Origin: a virus
Lineage: Duplodnaviria; Caudoviricetes
Reading direction: 5' to 3' (one strand)
IMG/VR virus record: IMGVR_UViG_3300035701_000035
Location: 1 to 58,729 of that record
Length of the DNA: 58,729 bases
Below, piece after piece: positions 46,240-55,649 of this stretch. The notes beneath the pieces were generated by a model. The model was not told the DNA's origin, ran no database searches, and saw only the letters and a list, made by a program, of their open reading frames with translations. The position numbers and the translations under genes are program-made. The first letter of the stretch is position 1, and each line of letters opens with the position of its first letter.

Positions 46240-47028
46240 TTATCCTATTACAGTAACTGCATAAGTACCTAAAACTCCAGGAACTAATTCAGTAACTGTT
46301 ATTTGATTTGCATTAGTCAATACATATGAATAGTCAATACCATGAACAAAGGTATTTGCTGGTGGAAATACTGCTTGTGAAACAGAAATAACTAAATTTA
46401 ATGTAGCTAAACTATGTGTAATAACTTGATTACCACTTAATGGTGATGCTACATATTTATTTACATCTGAAACAACTGTTGCTGTTGAAACACTAGCAGC
46501 AGTCACGTGACCAAATGTATCAAATGTAAAAGCAATATCTTGAATAAATGTATTACCAGCATTATTACTAGTTAAATTAGCTACACTAGATGTATCCTCA
46601 TGTGATATTGTAACTTCACTTGTAATTGGATCTACTGAAACGTCAATTCCAGGACCTTCTAAAATAGATGCTGCAATAGTCTCAGCAATGATAATACTAA
46701 AGTATGCATCTAATGCAGGTAAATCAAGTGATACTGTATATGTAGTAGTGTTAGCTAGTACACTTGATACTACATCAATATATTCTGATCCAACAACTAC
46801 TGTGATTGGTGCTTCTACACTACATATATAATTTACAAGTTTAGTAATTACAGTATCAAGATAATCATATCTTGCAATTACAGTGTCTGTATTACACATA
46901 ATATCAGTCCCTGTATAAACAATACATTGTGCATTGAATACTTCAGGACATGCAGGTGGACAAGGTGCCGTTACTACGTAACCATTTGTACATCCACAGT
47001 TTGGTGTTCCACAATTATTAGTTGCCAT
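46240..47028 (-). CDS. Putative tail/head fibre protein (262 aa)
   Basis: Cys-rich N-terminus, ILEGPGIDVS, ISHEDTS and FDTFGHVT fibre-like beta motifs, C-terminal ITHSL domain. Confidence 0.6.
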   Translation of the reverse strand: MATNNCGTPNCGCTNGYVVTAPCPPACPEVFNAQCIVYTGTDIMCNTDTVIARYDYLDTVITKLVNYICSVEAPITVVVGSEYIDVVSSVLANTTTYTVSLDLPALDAYFSIIIAETIAASILEGPGIDVSVDPITSEVTISHEDTSSVANLTSNNAGNTFIQDIAFTFDTFGHVTAASVSTATVVSDVNKYVASPLSGNQVITHSLATLNLVISVSQAVFPPANTFVHGIDYSYVLTNANQITVTELVPGVLGTYAVTVIG

Positions 47029-47061
47029 TTTTATTTATTTTAAGTTTATATATATACATAA

Positions 47062-48465
47062 TTAGTCTACTCTTTGTACTGAAAAACGAACTACATCACC
47101 AACTACAGTATTGTATTTAAAGTTAGTTAAGTTAAGTGCTTTAACACAAAGTTGAGTTCCAGCTGCAAATAGATGTGTCATTGATCCATTGATTGATGCA
47201 TGTTGTTGTATTACTACTGGTGTAAAATTATTAACACAATAAATATTACAACCTGTTGGACTTACTATACCTGTTATCCACATACCAGGTACTGCAGGAT
47301 CATACCAACCGTTTCCTGTTGCTCTTGTAAAAGTTGCAAAAAATGCAATTGTATATCTACCTGTTACTGGTACAGTAAATACTCCTGTAGTTGCATCATA
47401 AGCAGCACCAAAATCATTATACTCAATAGTATTACATACTTGTATTTCACCATAACATATTATTCCTGCAACTAAAGAAGGTGCTACTTTATCTATAGTA
47501 TCAGGTGGTGCAATATAAACAGATAGTCCTGGTTTTGCATTTGCAGATACTTCATATGTTGTTGTTGTACCTACTACAGTTGTTGCAACTGTAATTCCAT
47601 CTCCAGCAGTAACAACAGATGTAGGTGGAGCAAAACTTGCAAATGCAGTATATGTATCACATACTACTAACCATAAATTTGTAATAGTATCTGCTACTGT
47701 TGTAGGGGAGTTTACCCAACTACCTAGATACTCAGTTCCAAATGGGACAGGAGGATTAGATAATGTTTCAGATGTAGCCGTTAGACATGCAGAAGATACT
47801 GCAGAAAATAATTCTGAAGGTAATCCTGTTGAATTTATTAATGAGCAATATCCAATAGTAGGATCATTTAGTAAAGTATCTAAAACAAGATCAATTGTAG
47901 CTGATACAGAACCAGACATGTATGAAGCCAAACAGTTAGTTTCAATACTAGGTAATGTAAATGATGGAGGAGTTGCATTTTCTAATACTGTAACTCTTAT
48001 ATCAAGACTATTAATCTGTATTTGTAAATTGTTTATTTGATCAATTAAAGCACAAACTTTTTCAGCAATCATATTGACATAATCTAATAACTGCATAGTA
48101 GTTTGATTACCTACTCTAAAACATTGAGCAATTGTAACTATACAATCTGGACATGTTCCTTGAGGTGCTCCTGGTGTTTCTACAGTACCCGTATCTTGTA
48201 ACTCACAAATTTTTGTAATAAGCAATTGTATCAATGCTTGAAAATCTTTTGGTCCACATCCTGTAATATTAAGACATGCAAGATCATAATTATTTACATT
48301 AGTTTGATCTAGCAATGTACATAATTCTGTAGCTAAAGCTGCTACCACATCAGAAATTGTATCTCCATGGCATATATTAATGCAAGAAATATCAGGTCCC
48401 TGCCAAACTACACAGTTTGAGGAGATAGGACTACAGGGTCTATTGTCTAAATTTAAAGGCTTCAT
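47062..48465 (-). CDS. Putative fibre / receptor-binding protein with C-terminal C1q/TNF-like domain (467 aa)
   Basis: NDFGAAYDATTGVFTVPVTGRYTIAF is the gC1q-type signature; central coiled coil LIDQINNLQIQINSL; repeated Cys modules. Confidence 0.7.
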   Translation of the reverse strand: MKPLNLDNRPCSPISSNCVVWQGPDISCINICHGDTISDVVAALATELCTLLDQTNVNNYDLACLNITGCGPKDFQALIQLLITKICELQDTGTVETPGAPQGTCPDCIVTIAQCFRVGNQTTMQLLDYVNMIAEKVCALIDQINNLQIQINSLDIRVTVLENATPPSFTLPSIETNCLASYMSGSVSATIDLVLDTLLNDPTIGYCSLINSTGLPSELFSAVSSACLTATSETLSNPPVPFGTEYLGSWVNSPTTVADTITNLWLVVCDTYTAFASFAPPTSVVTAGDGITVATTVVGTTTTYEVSANAKPGLSVYIAPPDTIDKVAPSLVAGIICYGEIQVCNTIEYNDFGAAYDATTGVFTVPVTGRYTIAFFATFTRATGNGWYDPAVPGMWITGIVSPTGCNIYCVNNFTPVVIQQHASINGSMTHLFAAGTQLCVKALNLTNFKYNTVVGDVVRFSVQRVD

Positions 48466-48492
48466 ATTTTTCTTCTATTTATAATATACAAA

Positions 48493-50307
48493 TTAAATTC
48501 CACAATTGCAAGTAGAATGTGTTTTTCCTGAGTTACATGGGCACGGACAAGCTGGACATATGTAATTAGGATCTTTCAATGCTTGCAAATCTATTAGTTC
48601 TTTTTTCATCAACCAATTATCATTTTCCTCAAGACAACAGTTTGTAATACCATATCTTTTTTCAAGAACAATCTTATATATTATATCTGCAAAATGACAT
48701 GTAATATTATCATATTTTTCAGGACTACAGATAGGTGTATTATAACCTGGTCGTACAGTTCTATTATTTACAAATACTGGTTGAGGACATACTCCTTGTT
48801 GACAAATTCCAAAATATTCAATAATGTCTGTAGGCAATTTAACTGGTAAGAAAATCCACTGTAGTACACAGGTCTTAATAGTACTTTCACCTGGTTCAAG
48901 AGTAATTCTTACAAGATTATGGTAACAATCAAGATAGTTATATTTTTGTTGTGTTAGACTTGTATTTGTAAGTATACTACATTGACATACTGTATCTACA
49001 TCACATGTTGCACAATCTTCAAAGTCAAGAGTAATGTTTATGGATCTTGGGTTTATAGGAAAATCAATTGACTCTACTTCCCAACAAGTATCACACCCTT
49101 CTATTTTAATTACGTTTCCTACATAAGCAGCAATATCTGTAAATGTATATATATCTTCAGCAAGACCTGCACAATCTGTTAGTTTCCAATATGGTCTAAC
49201 ACATTCTATACACGTATCAAATGTAAAGTCTACTACAATAGATTGAGGGTTTGGTGGAAGTACATCAAGTTGTTCTACTATGTAGCAACCACAATGGATT
49301 TTAATTACACTATCTAAGTATAAAGATAAATCATCTAATGTATAAATTACATCTTGTCCAATACAACTTGTAAGTTTATATGATGTATATCCAGTACAAG
49401 TTAAACAATCTATATAACTTGATGTTATAATTACATCTACTGGACAGTCACATATTTCTTCAGGATCAAGAAGCATTACTTCCCAACATCCTTCTCTACC
49501 TGCAACTTGCACAAATGTATTTGTACCATATAGATAAGGTAAAACTGAATCTGAGTTAGTATAGATTACTGATTCTGAATTTTCACAATTTACTAATTTA
49601 TAACATTGTTGAGGACATCCTGTTATATCACAAAGACCTAGATCTATTATTACATAATCTACTGAACTTGCATTTACTACAGGATATACTTTTGAACAAA
49701 TTTTTACATATGGGTGAGCATCAATTGCTGAAATTTCTTGAAGAACATTACTTGAATCTACATATAAAACTCCATTACTATTCTGTACATAATAACAGGT
49801 TGTTGGACAAGGATCAACAGGTACTTCAGTAATAACAACATCAATTGCACCAGTACATGTTTGATCATCAAGCAAAACAACATATACAGTTCCCGTATAT
49901 GCAATACTATCTACACTAACAAATGTATTTACAACAATTTCAAAATCAGAATTTTGTGTTAAAAATGATTCAGTACCATCACAAGGAATTAATAGATAAC
50001 ATCTAACACATGGTATACATCTAAGATCTGTACATCTATCTATTGTTTCAATCACATATAAGGTACTAAAAAGAGGAGCTAAAGGATATGTAGGAGGAAG
50101 TTCAGAATTAATAAAAGATACAATATAACATCTACCTGTTAATAGTTCACCTCCTTCTCCTGGAAAAGGAATAAAACTAGTATATACACATACTGTATCA
50201 TCTACTATAGGATATGCTTGACCTTGAAAAAATATTTCTGTACCTAAACAGCAATCTACAAATTTTATAACATTTGTTCTTTTTGGAAAACCTAGTGTTT
50301 CTATCAT
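48493..50307 (-). CDS. Cys-rich repeat structural protein (604 aa)
   Basis: Repeated units beginning CYLLIPC, CYKLVNC, SYKLTSC, YWKLTDC and mostly ending in CxxC; C-terminal KRYGITNCC. Confidence 0.7.
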   Translation of the reverse strand: MIETLGFPKRTNVIKFVDCCLGTEIFFQGQAYPIVDDTVCVYTSFIPFPGEGGELLTGRCYIVSFINSELPPTYPLAPLFSTLYVIETIDRCTDLRCIPCVRCYLLIPCDGTESFLTQNSDFEIVVNTFVSVDSIAYTGTVYVVLLDDQTCTGAIDVVITEVPVDPCPTTCYYVQNSNGVLYVDSSNVLQEISAIDAHPYVKICSKVYPVVNASSVDYVIIDLGLCDITGCPQQCYKLVNCENSESVIYTNSDSVLPYLYGTNTFVQVAGREGCWEVMLLDPEEICDCPVDVIITSSYIDCLTCTGYTSYKLTSCIGQDVIYTLDDLSLYLDSVIKIHCGCYIVEQLDVLPPNPQSIVVDFTFDTCIECVRPYWKLTDCAGLAEDIYTFTDIAAYVGNVIKIEGCDTCWEVESIDFPINPRSINITLDFEDCATCDVDTVCQCSILTNTSLTQQKYNYLDCYHNLVRITLEPGESTIKTCVLQWIFLPVKLPTDIIEYFGICQQGVCPQPVFVNNRTVRPGYNTPICSPEKYDNITCHFADIIYKIVLEKRYGITNCCLEENDNWLMKKELIDLQALKDPNYICPACPCPCNSGKTHSTCNCGI

Positions 50308-50507
50308 GTTTTTATAAACTTTTGTAAGTTTTTATATCTTCCTACATTACTTTGAAAATCTGAATATACAGTTCCTAGTTGAGAACCAGATTTGAGAGCT
50401 TGTTCATATTTGTAAATGCAACTCTTGCATACAAAATTTCCATTTGAAGCTTTCTTTTTTTGACACCCACATGTTAATTGGGTTCCGCAATTTTGACATG
50501 TACTCAT
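50304..50507 (-). CDS. Small Cys-rich, probable metal-binding protein (67 aa)
   Basis: CQNC...CGC...CKSC; tightly packed between neighbours with an A-rich initiation region. Confidence 0.75.
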   Translation of the reverse strand: MSTCQNCGTQLTCGCQKKKASNGNFVCKSCIYKYEQALKSGSQLGTVYSDFQSNVGRYKNLQKFIKT

Positions 50508-50525
50508 TTTGTTGGTTTTTTATGA

Positions 50526-51068
50526 TTAACAATTTTTACATTCAAACTTATTTAACAATTTAACTGCATAATTAAACAATGTCATACCTTCTTGGTTCTC
50601 ATGACATGTTTCTACTTTTGCTTTTGCAGCTTGAAGATACATACTAATCAATTGAAGTTCTTTTAATCTTTGCTGAACTTTAACTGTTGGACTACAATCA
50701 GAAATAGATAAATTACAAAGTATTTTTTCATATGTATTTAATGCACATGTAATTCTTAAATGATTATACTGTACATATACTTGACTCTGTGGATCTACTA
50801 TGTATTTAATTCCATAAATACCATCAGGTAAATTTACATAACTTGTTCCACAATTTTCAGTTTGAAGAGCAAAGTCACATGCTGTTAATGTTGGACTAGA
50901 ATCAGGAACAAAAGTTAATTGTGCAGTATATTGAAATCCAGGAATTACTACTTCTAATCTTGGATTTAGTATCCCTACTAAAGGGGAATATACACTAGTA
51001 TCAAAAATCTTAAGTACACAAGGATTTGTTACAGTTGGTATTTCCAAACTTAATACATGATTTGCCAT
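50526..51068 (-). CDS. Putative structural protein (180 aa)
   Basis: LPDGIYGIKY beta motif plus helical Cys-containing C-terminus; in the structural module. Confidence 0.65.
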   Translation of the reverse strand: MANHVLSLEIPTVTNPCVLKIFDTSVYSPLVGILNPRLEVVIPGFQYTAQLTFVPDSSPTLTACDFALQTENCGTSYVNLPDGIYGIKYIVDPQSQVYVQYNHLRITCALNTYEKILCNLSISDCSPTVKVQQRLKELQLISMYLQAAKAKVETCHENQEGMTLFNYAVKLLNKFECKNC

Positions 51069-51080
51069 ATTAGATATAAT

Positions 51081-51120
51081 AAAAAAAGGAGAGGAAAGAT
51101 AATACTCTCACTCTCCTTTT
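51081..51120 (-). terminator. Intrinsic terminator after the 450-aa gene
   Basis: AAAAGGAGAG-TGAGAG-TATTAT-CTTTC-CTCTCCTTTT-TTT. Confidence 0.8.
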
Positions 51121-51141
51121 ATGAGTTAATAATTATTTATA

Positions 51142-52494
51142 TTAAGGTAATACTGGTGGTACTGGGATAGCATCACCTGGGATTGGAACCAACGGTGTAG
51201 CACAAGGTACACCAGTAGGTGTATCTAATACAGAACACTGAGAACCACAAGCATCTAACCAATCTGCTAATAAAGAAAAGATTCCATCTGGATCTCCTAC
51301 AGGTACAACAATCTCTAACAAGTATTGATCATTATCAAAAGTTCCTGTTGGGTTGTATAATCTTGGAACATTATGTTGCAAGTAAATTCTATCATACAAT
51401 CCTAAACGTGATACACCAGCAGCATTAAGGATATCATATCCTTGAGTGATTTCTCTGATCCTGAAATCAGTAGAGAAATGATTTTGTCTGTAAGATTCTG
51501 ACAAGATTACATCACGTACTACAGTTTCTCCAAGTCCATTTGCTTGTCTACCATAACATTCAACTCCAACACAAAGTGCTTGGAATTCACATGGTGCACC
51601 ATTTAAATCTACTTCAGAAGCATATATTCTCAATGGTTCAACTTCATAGAAGTCAGTAACTTGGAATGTACAGTTGTTAAATTGAGTTTCATAGTAAGCT
51701 CCGTTAAGAACTAAACCACCACAATTTGTATCATATGGTCCAGCTGGAGATGAATAATTATCCCAAGTACCAACACCACCTAATGCAATTACATCAGCAG
51801 CAGGTGTTCCCGGAGGATACCATGCATCTAAGTTATTATCAATAACAACTGGATAAACAAATCCATTCATTAAAGGAGAAGCTAACAATTGATTTGCCCA
51901 TGTAATATAAACTAATACTGGATCAGTTGCAATAGGAGCAATTGCTGGATCTTCTGGAGTATCTGGACAACATCCAGTATATGCTTCAAGAGTTAAGTAA
52001 GAGTTGTGATTTAATAATCTCAATGCAGGTGAACCTTTAACATCTATACGTAAATAGTATGTTTCACCACAAAGAAATTGTTTACAACAGTCACCTCCTG
52101 TTTCACCTGGGTTGCTGCTTGATGGAGGATTTGCATCTGTCCAAGGAGTTAAACCTACGTGAGTAATATATCTTTGTGCAACATTAGATGCAGCATAATA
52201 TAATTTACTTACATATTTTGATCTAACAGTTTTTGATTTGTTAGACTCCAAGTAACCACCTGCAAATGGACCGATCTTGTCTTTTTGCATTAAAGATCCT
52301 CCACCTAGGATTAAATCACAACAAGCAATATCTTGTGGATCTGGATAAACTTGAAAATTAGTTGGATCAATAAAGGTAACTTGTCCAGCTGCCAACATGT
52401 TGGTAGTAGATGTACCTAATTGTACCCCGTTTAAATTAGAAACACCATTTGTAGCTACAAAGGTTTTCTTAAAGGCATGATTAAAATAACTCAT
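51142..52494 (-). CDS. Abundant structural protein, possibly auxiliary capsid/decoration protein (450 aa)
   Basis: Has its own promoter-like box and terminator; follows the ring/adaptor gene as in crAss-like head modules. Function inferred from synteny only. Confidence 0.55.
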   Translation of the reverse strand: MSYFNHAFKKTFVATNGVSNLNGVQLGTSTTNMLAAGQVTFIDPTNFQVYPDPQDIACCDLILGGGSLMQKDKIGPFAGGYLESNKSKTVRSKYVSKLYYAASNVAQRYITHVGLTPWTDANPPSSSNPGETGGDCCKQFLCGETYYLRIDVKGSPALRLLNHNSYLTLEAYTGCCPDTPEDPAIAPIATDPVLVYITWANQLLASPLMNGFVYPVVIDNNLDAWYPPGTPAADVIALGGVGTWDNYSSPAGPYDTNCGGLVLNGAYYETQFNNCTFQVTDFYEVEPLRIYASEVDLNGAPCEFQALCVGVECYGRQANGLGETVVRDVILSESYRQNHFSTDFRIREITQGYDILNAAGVSRLGLYDRIYLQHNVPRLYNPTGTFDNDQYLLEIVVPVGDPDGIFSLLADWLDACGSQCSVLDTPTGVPCATPLVPIPGDAIPVPPVLP

Positions 52495-52515
52495 TTTGTT
52501 TTTTTTTAATTAATA

Positions 52516-52537
52516 AATATACTATAATATAGTAAAA
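52516..52537 (-). promoter_or_regulatory. Candidate late promoter, tandem TATATT boxes
   Basis: Minus strand TTTTACTATATTATAGTATATT, preceded by the inverted repeat TTGAAATAA-N5-TTATTTCAA (52542-52564). Confidence 0.45.
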
Positions 52538-52582
52538 GTTTTTGAAATAACAAAATTATTTCAAGAAAATTGTTTATTTCTT

Positions 52583-53281
52583 TTAGTTATTACGTTCAGC
52601 ACCTTCCTGGTTTCTTGAGAACTGATTACCAGACTCTATATCTCCAGCAATTATACTTACTGCCTCATCTATTATTAGTTCTACTATATCATCTTTGAAT
52701 TCACATTGTACTTCTGTAGTAGAGATAACACCGGTGTAAGGATCTGAACAATCTTGAATCTGAATCTTTCTTGGTTGTCTATAGTATGTAAGATAAGACT
52801 CCTCAATGTCAAATTCATTATTTGTGTACATGTGTACAGTATTGTTTATTAATGTAGCAAATGTTTCTCCCCATTGAAAGTTAGGTTGTTTAGCTTTATC
52901 TCTCAAAAGTACATTAAGATTTCCTTCCTCTGCAAGATACACAGTCATTCTTCTTTTACTACAACAATCTTTGTTTGCATAAATGTCTACTCTTTTCCAC
53001 TGTAGATAATTTTCAGGAATTACTCCTTCATAGTAATCATCTCTTTTTACTGCAGGAATAGGTTCTTGAATTAACAATTTTTGTAAATCATCTTTTCTTC
53101 TAGTGGATTGCTCATCACCTTCTTTAACAAGATTGATACCATGCAATTGTCTTCTAACCCATTCTACCTGAGCTTTATTAAAAGATTCAACAACTTGCCA
53201 GCAGGTTATATTATCATAATCCTGACTGTCAAGTTTGTTCAGTCTTTGCTTCATCTTTATGGTTATAGTACTATTTTGCAT
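52583..53281 (-). CDS. Head-tail connector / ring protein (crAss-type, 232 aa)
   Basis: LNKLDS, FNKAQ, RKDDLQKL, YLTYYRQPRKI and IVELIIDEAV motifs typical of adaptor/ring proteins. Confidence 0.7.
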   Translation of the reverse strand: MQNSTITIKMKQRLNKLDSQDYDNITCWQVVESFNKAQVEWVRRQLHGINLVKEGDEQSTRRKDDLQKLLIQEPIPAVKRDDYYEGVIPENYLQWKRVDIYANKDCCSKRRMTVYLAEEGNLNVLLRDKAKQPNFQWGETFATLINNTVHMYTNNEFDIEESYLTYYRQPRKIQIQDCSDPYTGVISTTEVQCEFKDDIVELIIDEAVSIIAGDIESGNQFSRNQEGAERNN

Positions 53282-53284
53282 GTC

Positions 53285-53779
53285 TTATTTCTTTTTACGT
53301 GCATTCTTCTTTGCACCAGCAATTCTATCAGCAGCAGTTGCTTTGTTAAATGGAGGAGCTAATGCAGCAAACTTAGTTGCTTTAGTTGCACCACCTACTT
53401 TCATTTTAGTTTTTACAGGTCCACCTTTAGCTTTAACTCGTGTAGGAGGAATTGTATCAGAATAAAGATTAGTTTTACTTGTATTAAAAGTTGGACTAGA
53501 TCTAACTCGTTCTATATTATCTTTTTTTAGCAATTCTGGAACAGGACTATATCCTCCTATTGTAGGCATTTTTCCTATACCCATTTTATTTGCTAGATTA
53601 ATATCATTATTATAACGCTCATCTATTCTTTCAGTATCTTCTTCACTTAATGGACCTTGTGTTGTGTTAGTAACTATACCATTTTGAGCTTTTTTTAAAG
53701 ATGACATAACAGTCTTTGTTCTAGTTTCAAAATTCTTTCTGAATGTAGTTATCGGATTTTCTTTAGTAGTCTTTTTCAT
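53285..53779 (-). CDS. Small basic protein (164 aa) with KAQNG, KAKGG and KVGG motifs
   Basis: ORF track; Lys-rich termini; tight operon spacing. Confidence 0.8.
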   Translation of the reverse strand: MKKTTKENPITTFRKNFETRTKTVMSSLKKAQNGIVTNTTQGPLSEEDTERIDERYNNDINLANKMGIGKMPTIGGYSPVPELLKKDNIERVRSSPTFNTSKTNLYSDTIPPTRVKAKGGPVKTKMKVGGATKATKFAALAPPFNKATAADRIAGAKKNARKKK

Positions 53780-53780
53780 T

Positions 53781-53933
53781 TTATCTTTTTTTAGCCATTG
53801 CTTTAAATGTTTTTGCCAAAGCTTTTCTCTTTGGTGTACATGTAGGTTTTGACATAGGAGTACAAAAACCTTTATGTTTTGGATTCACAGCATTTTGAAT
53901 CCAGTCTTTATCTGTCTTCTTTTTAGTTGCCAT
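53781..53933 (-). CDS. Small basic protein (50 aa), absent from the ORF track
   Basis: Manual translation MATKKKTDKDWIQNAVNPKHKGFCTPMSKPTCTPKRKALAKTFKAMAKKR*; fills the gap with 2-nt and 1-nt spacers. Confidence 0.85.
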   Translation of the reverse strand: MATKKKTDKDWIQNAVNPKHKGFCTPMSKPTCTPKRKALAKTFKAMAKKR

Positions 53934-53935
53934 GA

Positions 53936-54217
53936 TTATCCACCATATAATGGTCTTTCACCACAACCACCACTTGCAAGTCTTGCTGTTCCTGGAGGAC
54001 ATCCATGTGATACTGGAGTACTACCACCTGCTGCATATTTAGTTGCAGGATTTACAATACTTCCTCCCATTTCAAATTTTTTAGGTTTTGCAACACCACC
54101 TTTTTTCATGGTATCTGTTCTTGCATTATATCCAGGCATACCAACTATGTCTTGTGTAATACCACCTTTTTTCATCTTCTTTGCTGCTCCTCCACAGCTC
54201 ATGCATTTAGTTGCCAT
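53936..54217 (-). CDS. Small basic protein (93 aa) made of xxGG-delimited peptides
   Basis: SCGG, MKKGG (twice), FEMGG, YAAGG, ASGG, LYGG. Confidence 0.8.
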   Translation of the reverse strand: MATKCMSCGGAAKKMKKGGITQDIVGMPGYNARTDTMKKGGVAKPKKFEMGGSIVNPATKYAAGGSTPVSHGCPPGTARLASGGCGERPLYGG

Positions 54218-54232
54218 AATATATATTTTAAA

Positions 54233-54514
54233 TTAACAGTTCCATTTTCTTAAAGACTTATTGATTCTAGAATCAGGATCATTAGCAGTCTTTGCACTTG
54301 TTAGTTTTTTCTTCATTCCACTCATCCTACTACAGAAACTTTTACGTCTACCTGCAGCAGCACTACCAGGTTTAAGTTTAGAAGGTTTTGTAGTTACAGC
54401 CATTTTTAATTTTGAAGATGGGTTAGCTGCTCTATAAGAAGCTACTCCTTTAGCATTTAATCCTCCGGTTTTATTCTTACCTTCTGATCTTGTCCAAGCT
54501 GGTGTCTTTGCCAT
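54233..54514 (-). CDS. Small basic phage protein (93 aa), resembles DUF6321-type proteins
   Basis: AWTRSEGKN..GGLNAKG...RRKSFCSRM...SRINKSLRKWNC; family name recalled, not searched. Confidence 0.75.
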   Translation of the reverse strand: MAKTPAWTRSEGKNKTGGLNAKGVASYRAANPSSKLKMAVTTKPSKLKPGSAAAGRRKSFCSRMSGMKKKLTSAKTANDPDSRINKSLRKWNC

Positions 54515-54783
54515 TATCCTTTCTTTTTAACAGTTGATTTTTTAATAGGAAATCCATTTTTATCATAACCTGGTTTTCCTTTAAACTTTTGTCTATATCT
54601 ATCTTGTTTTGCTTTGTCCATTAATGCAAATTGTTTATCCATTTCAGGTTTTGTGTTTGCGTTTAATCCTCTAAGCTTAGATTTATATTCTAAATCACCA
54701 TAATAAAATGTACTATCTGCTGTAGATATACCTTTTTGAGCTTTTGGTAAAGCTTTTTTAACCATTGTTTTTTTCTTTACCAT
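54514..54783 (-). CDS. Small basic protein (89 aa) with LPKAQKG motif
   Basis: ORF track; TAATG coupling to the next gene. Confidence 0.8.
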   Translation of the reverse strand: MVKKKTMVKKALPKAQKGISTADSTFYYGDLEYKSKLRGLNANTKPEMDKQFALMDKAKQDRYRQKFKGKPGYDKNGFPIKKSTVKKKG

Positions 54784-54785
54784 GA

Positions 54786-55136
54786 CTATTTCTTTTTAGT
54801 TTTAACAATACCACCTTTTTTCTTTACTCCGGATTTTACTTCTTTTTTTATATTATTTAAAAAAGGTATTACATCCTTTTTTTTAATTATTTTTTTGGTT
54901 GTTGCTAAAGAATTAGTTGTTTTTAAAGTAAAATTTTTTTTACCGCCACTATAACCTGTAGTATCTATAGAGATTTGTGAATTTTTGCCGGTTCCATAAA
55001 CAGTTCCTTCTGGACTTGCATAATAACTTGTACCAGATTTATTATTATTTATAAGTTCAGTATTTAACTTAACACATTTTAATTTGTTTGGATCCCAAGT
55101 TTGTCCTTTAGGACAAGTAGTTTTTTTAATTGCCAT
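54786..55136 (-). CDS. Small basic protein (116 aa) with CPKG...C motif and KKKGG
   Basis: ORF track; TAATG coupling to the previous gene. Confidence 0.8.
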   Translation of the reverse strand: MAIKKTTCPKGQTWDPNKLKCVKLNTELINNNKSGTSYYASPEGTVYGTGKNSQISIDTTGYSGGKKNFTLKTTNSLATTKKIIKKKDVIPFLNNIKKEVKSGVKKKGGIVKTKKK

Positions 55137-55420
55137 TATTTCTTAGTTTTTTTATGTGCACTATTTTTCATAATCTTACCATCTGGCATCATATGAGAGC
55201 CCTTAGGTACTTTAGGATTATTTTTATGCCATTTTTTTTCAGCAGCAACACCTTGTTTAACAGTCTTAGCTTTAGCAACTCTAGTTAAACTAATAGTATC
55301 ATATGATCCTTTATCTTTAGTAGGATGATTTACCATGATATCACCAACTTTACCTTCACCTCTTTTAGTAGTTTTTTTATAAACCCTGTGTTTTTCACCA
55401 CCTGTTGTTACTGTTGCCAT
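55136..55420 (-). CDS. Small basic protein (94 aa) with C-terminal HMMPDGKIM motif
   Basis: ORF track; tight operon spacing. Confidence 0.8.
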   Translation of the reverse strand: MATVTTGGEKHRVYKKTTKRGEGKVGDIMVNHPTKDKGSYDTISLTRVAKAKTVKQGVAAEKKWHKNNPKVPKGSHMMPDGKIMKNSAHKKTKK

Positions 55421-55422
55421 AA

Positions 55423-55647
55423 CTATTTACTAAAAGTACTTAACACATTCATTTGTTCTTGGGCAAGTTTTTTAACATCTGCCATCATTTTAGTATTCTT
55501 ACGGATCTCATCTGCTCTCTTTAATGTACTTAGTGCAGATTCAACTTCCCATTTTCTCATTTCTGCTTTTGGTGTTGCAGATATAGAAACACCTACTGAA
55601 GCTTTTTTCACAGGTGTTTTTGTAGTAGTTGTTTTTTTAATTGCCAT
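55423..55647 (-). CDS. Small basic protein (74 aa)
   Basis: Histone-H1-like N-tail (KKTTTTKTPVKKA) followed by a helical segment. Confidence 0.8.
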   Translation of the reverse strand: MAIKKTTTTKTPVKKASVGVSISATPKAEMRKWEVESALSTLKRADEIRKNTKMMADVKKLAQEQMNVLSTFSK

Positions 55648-55649
55648 AA

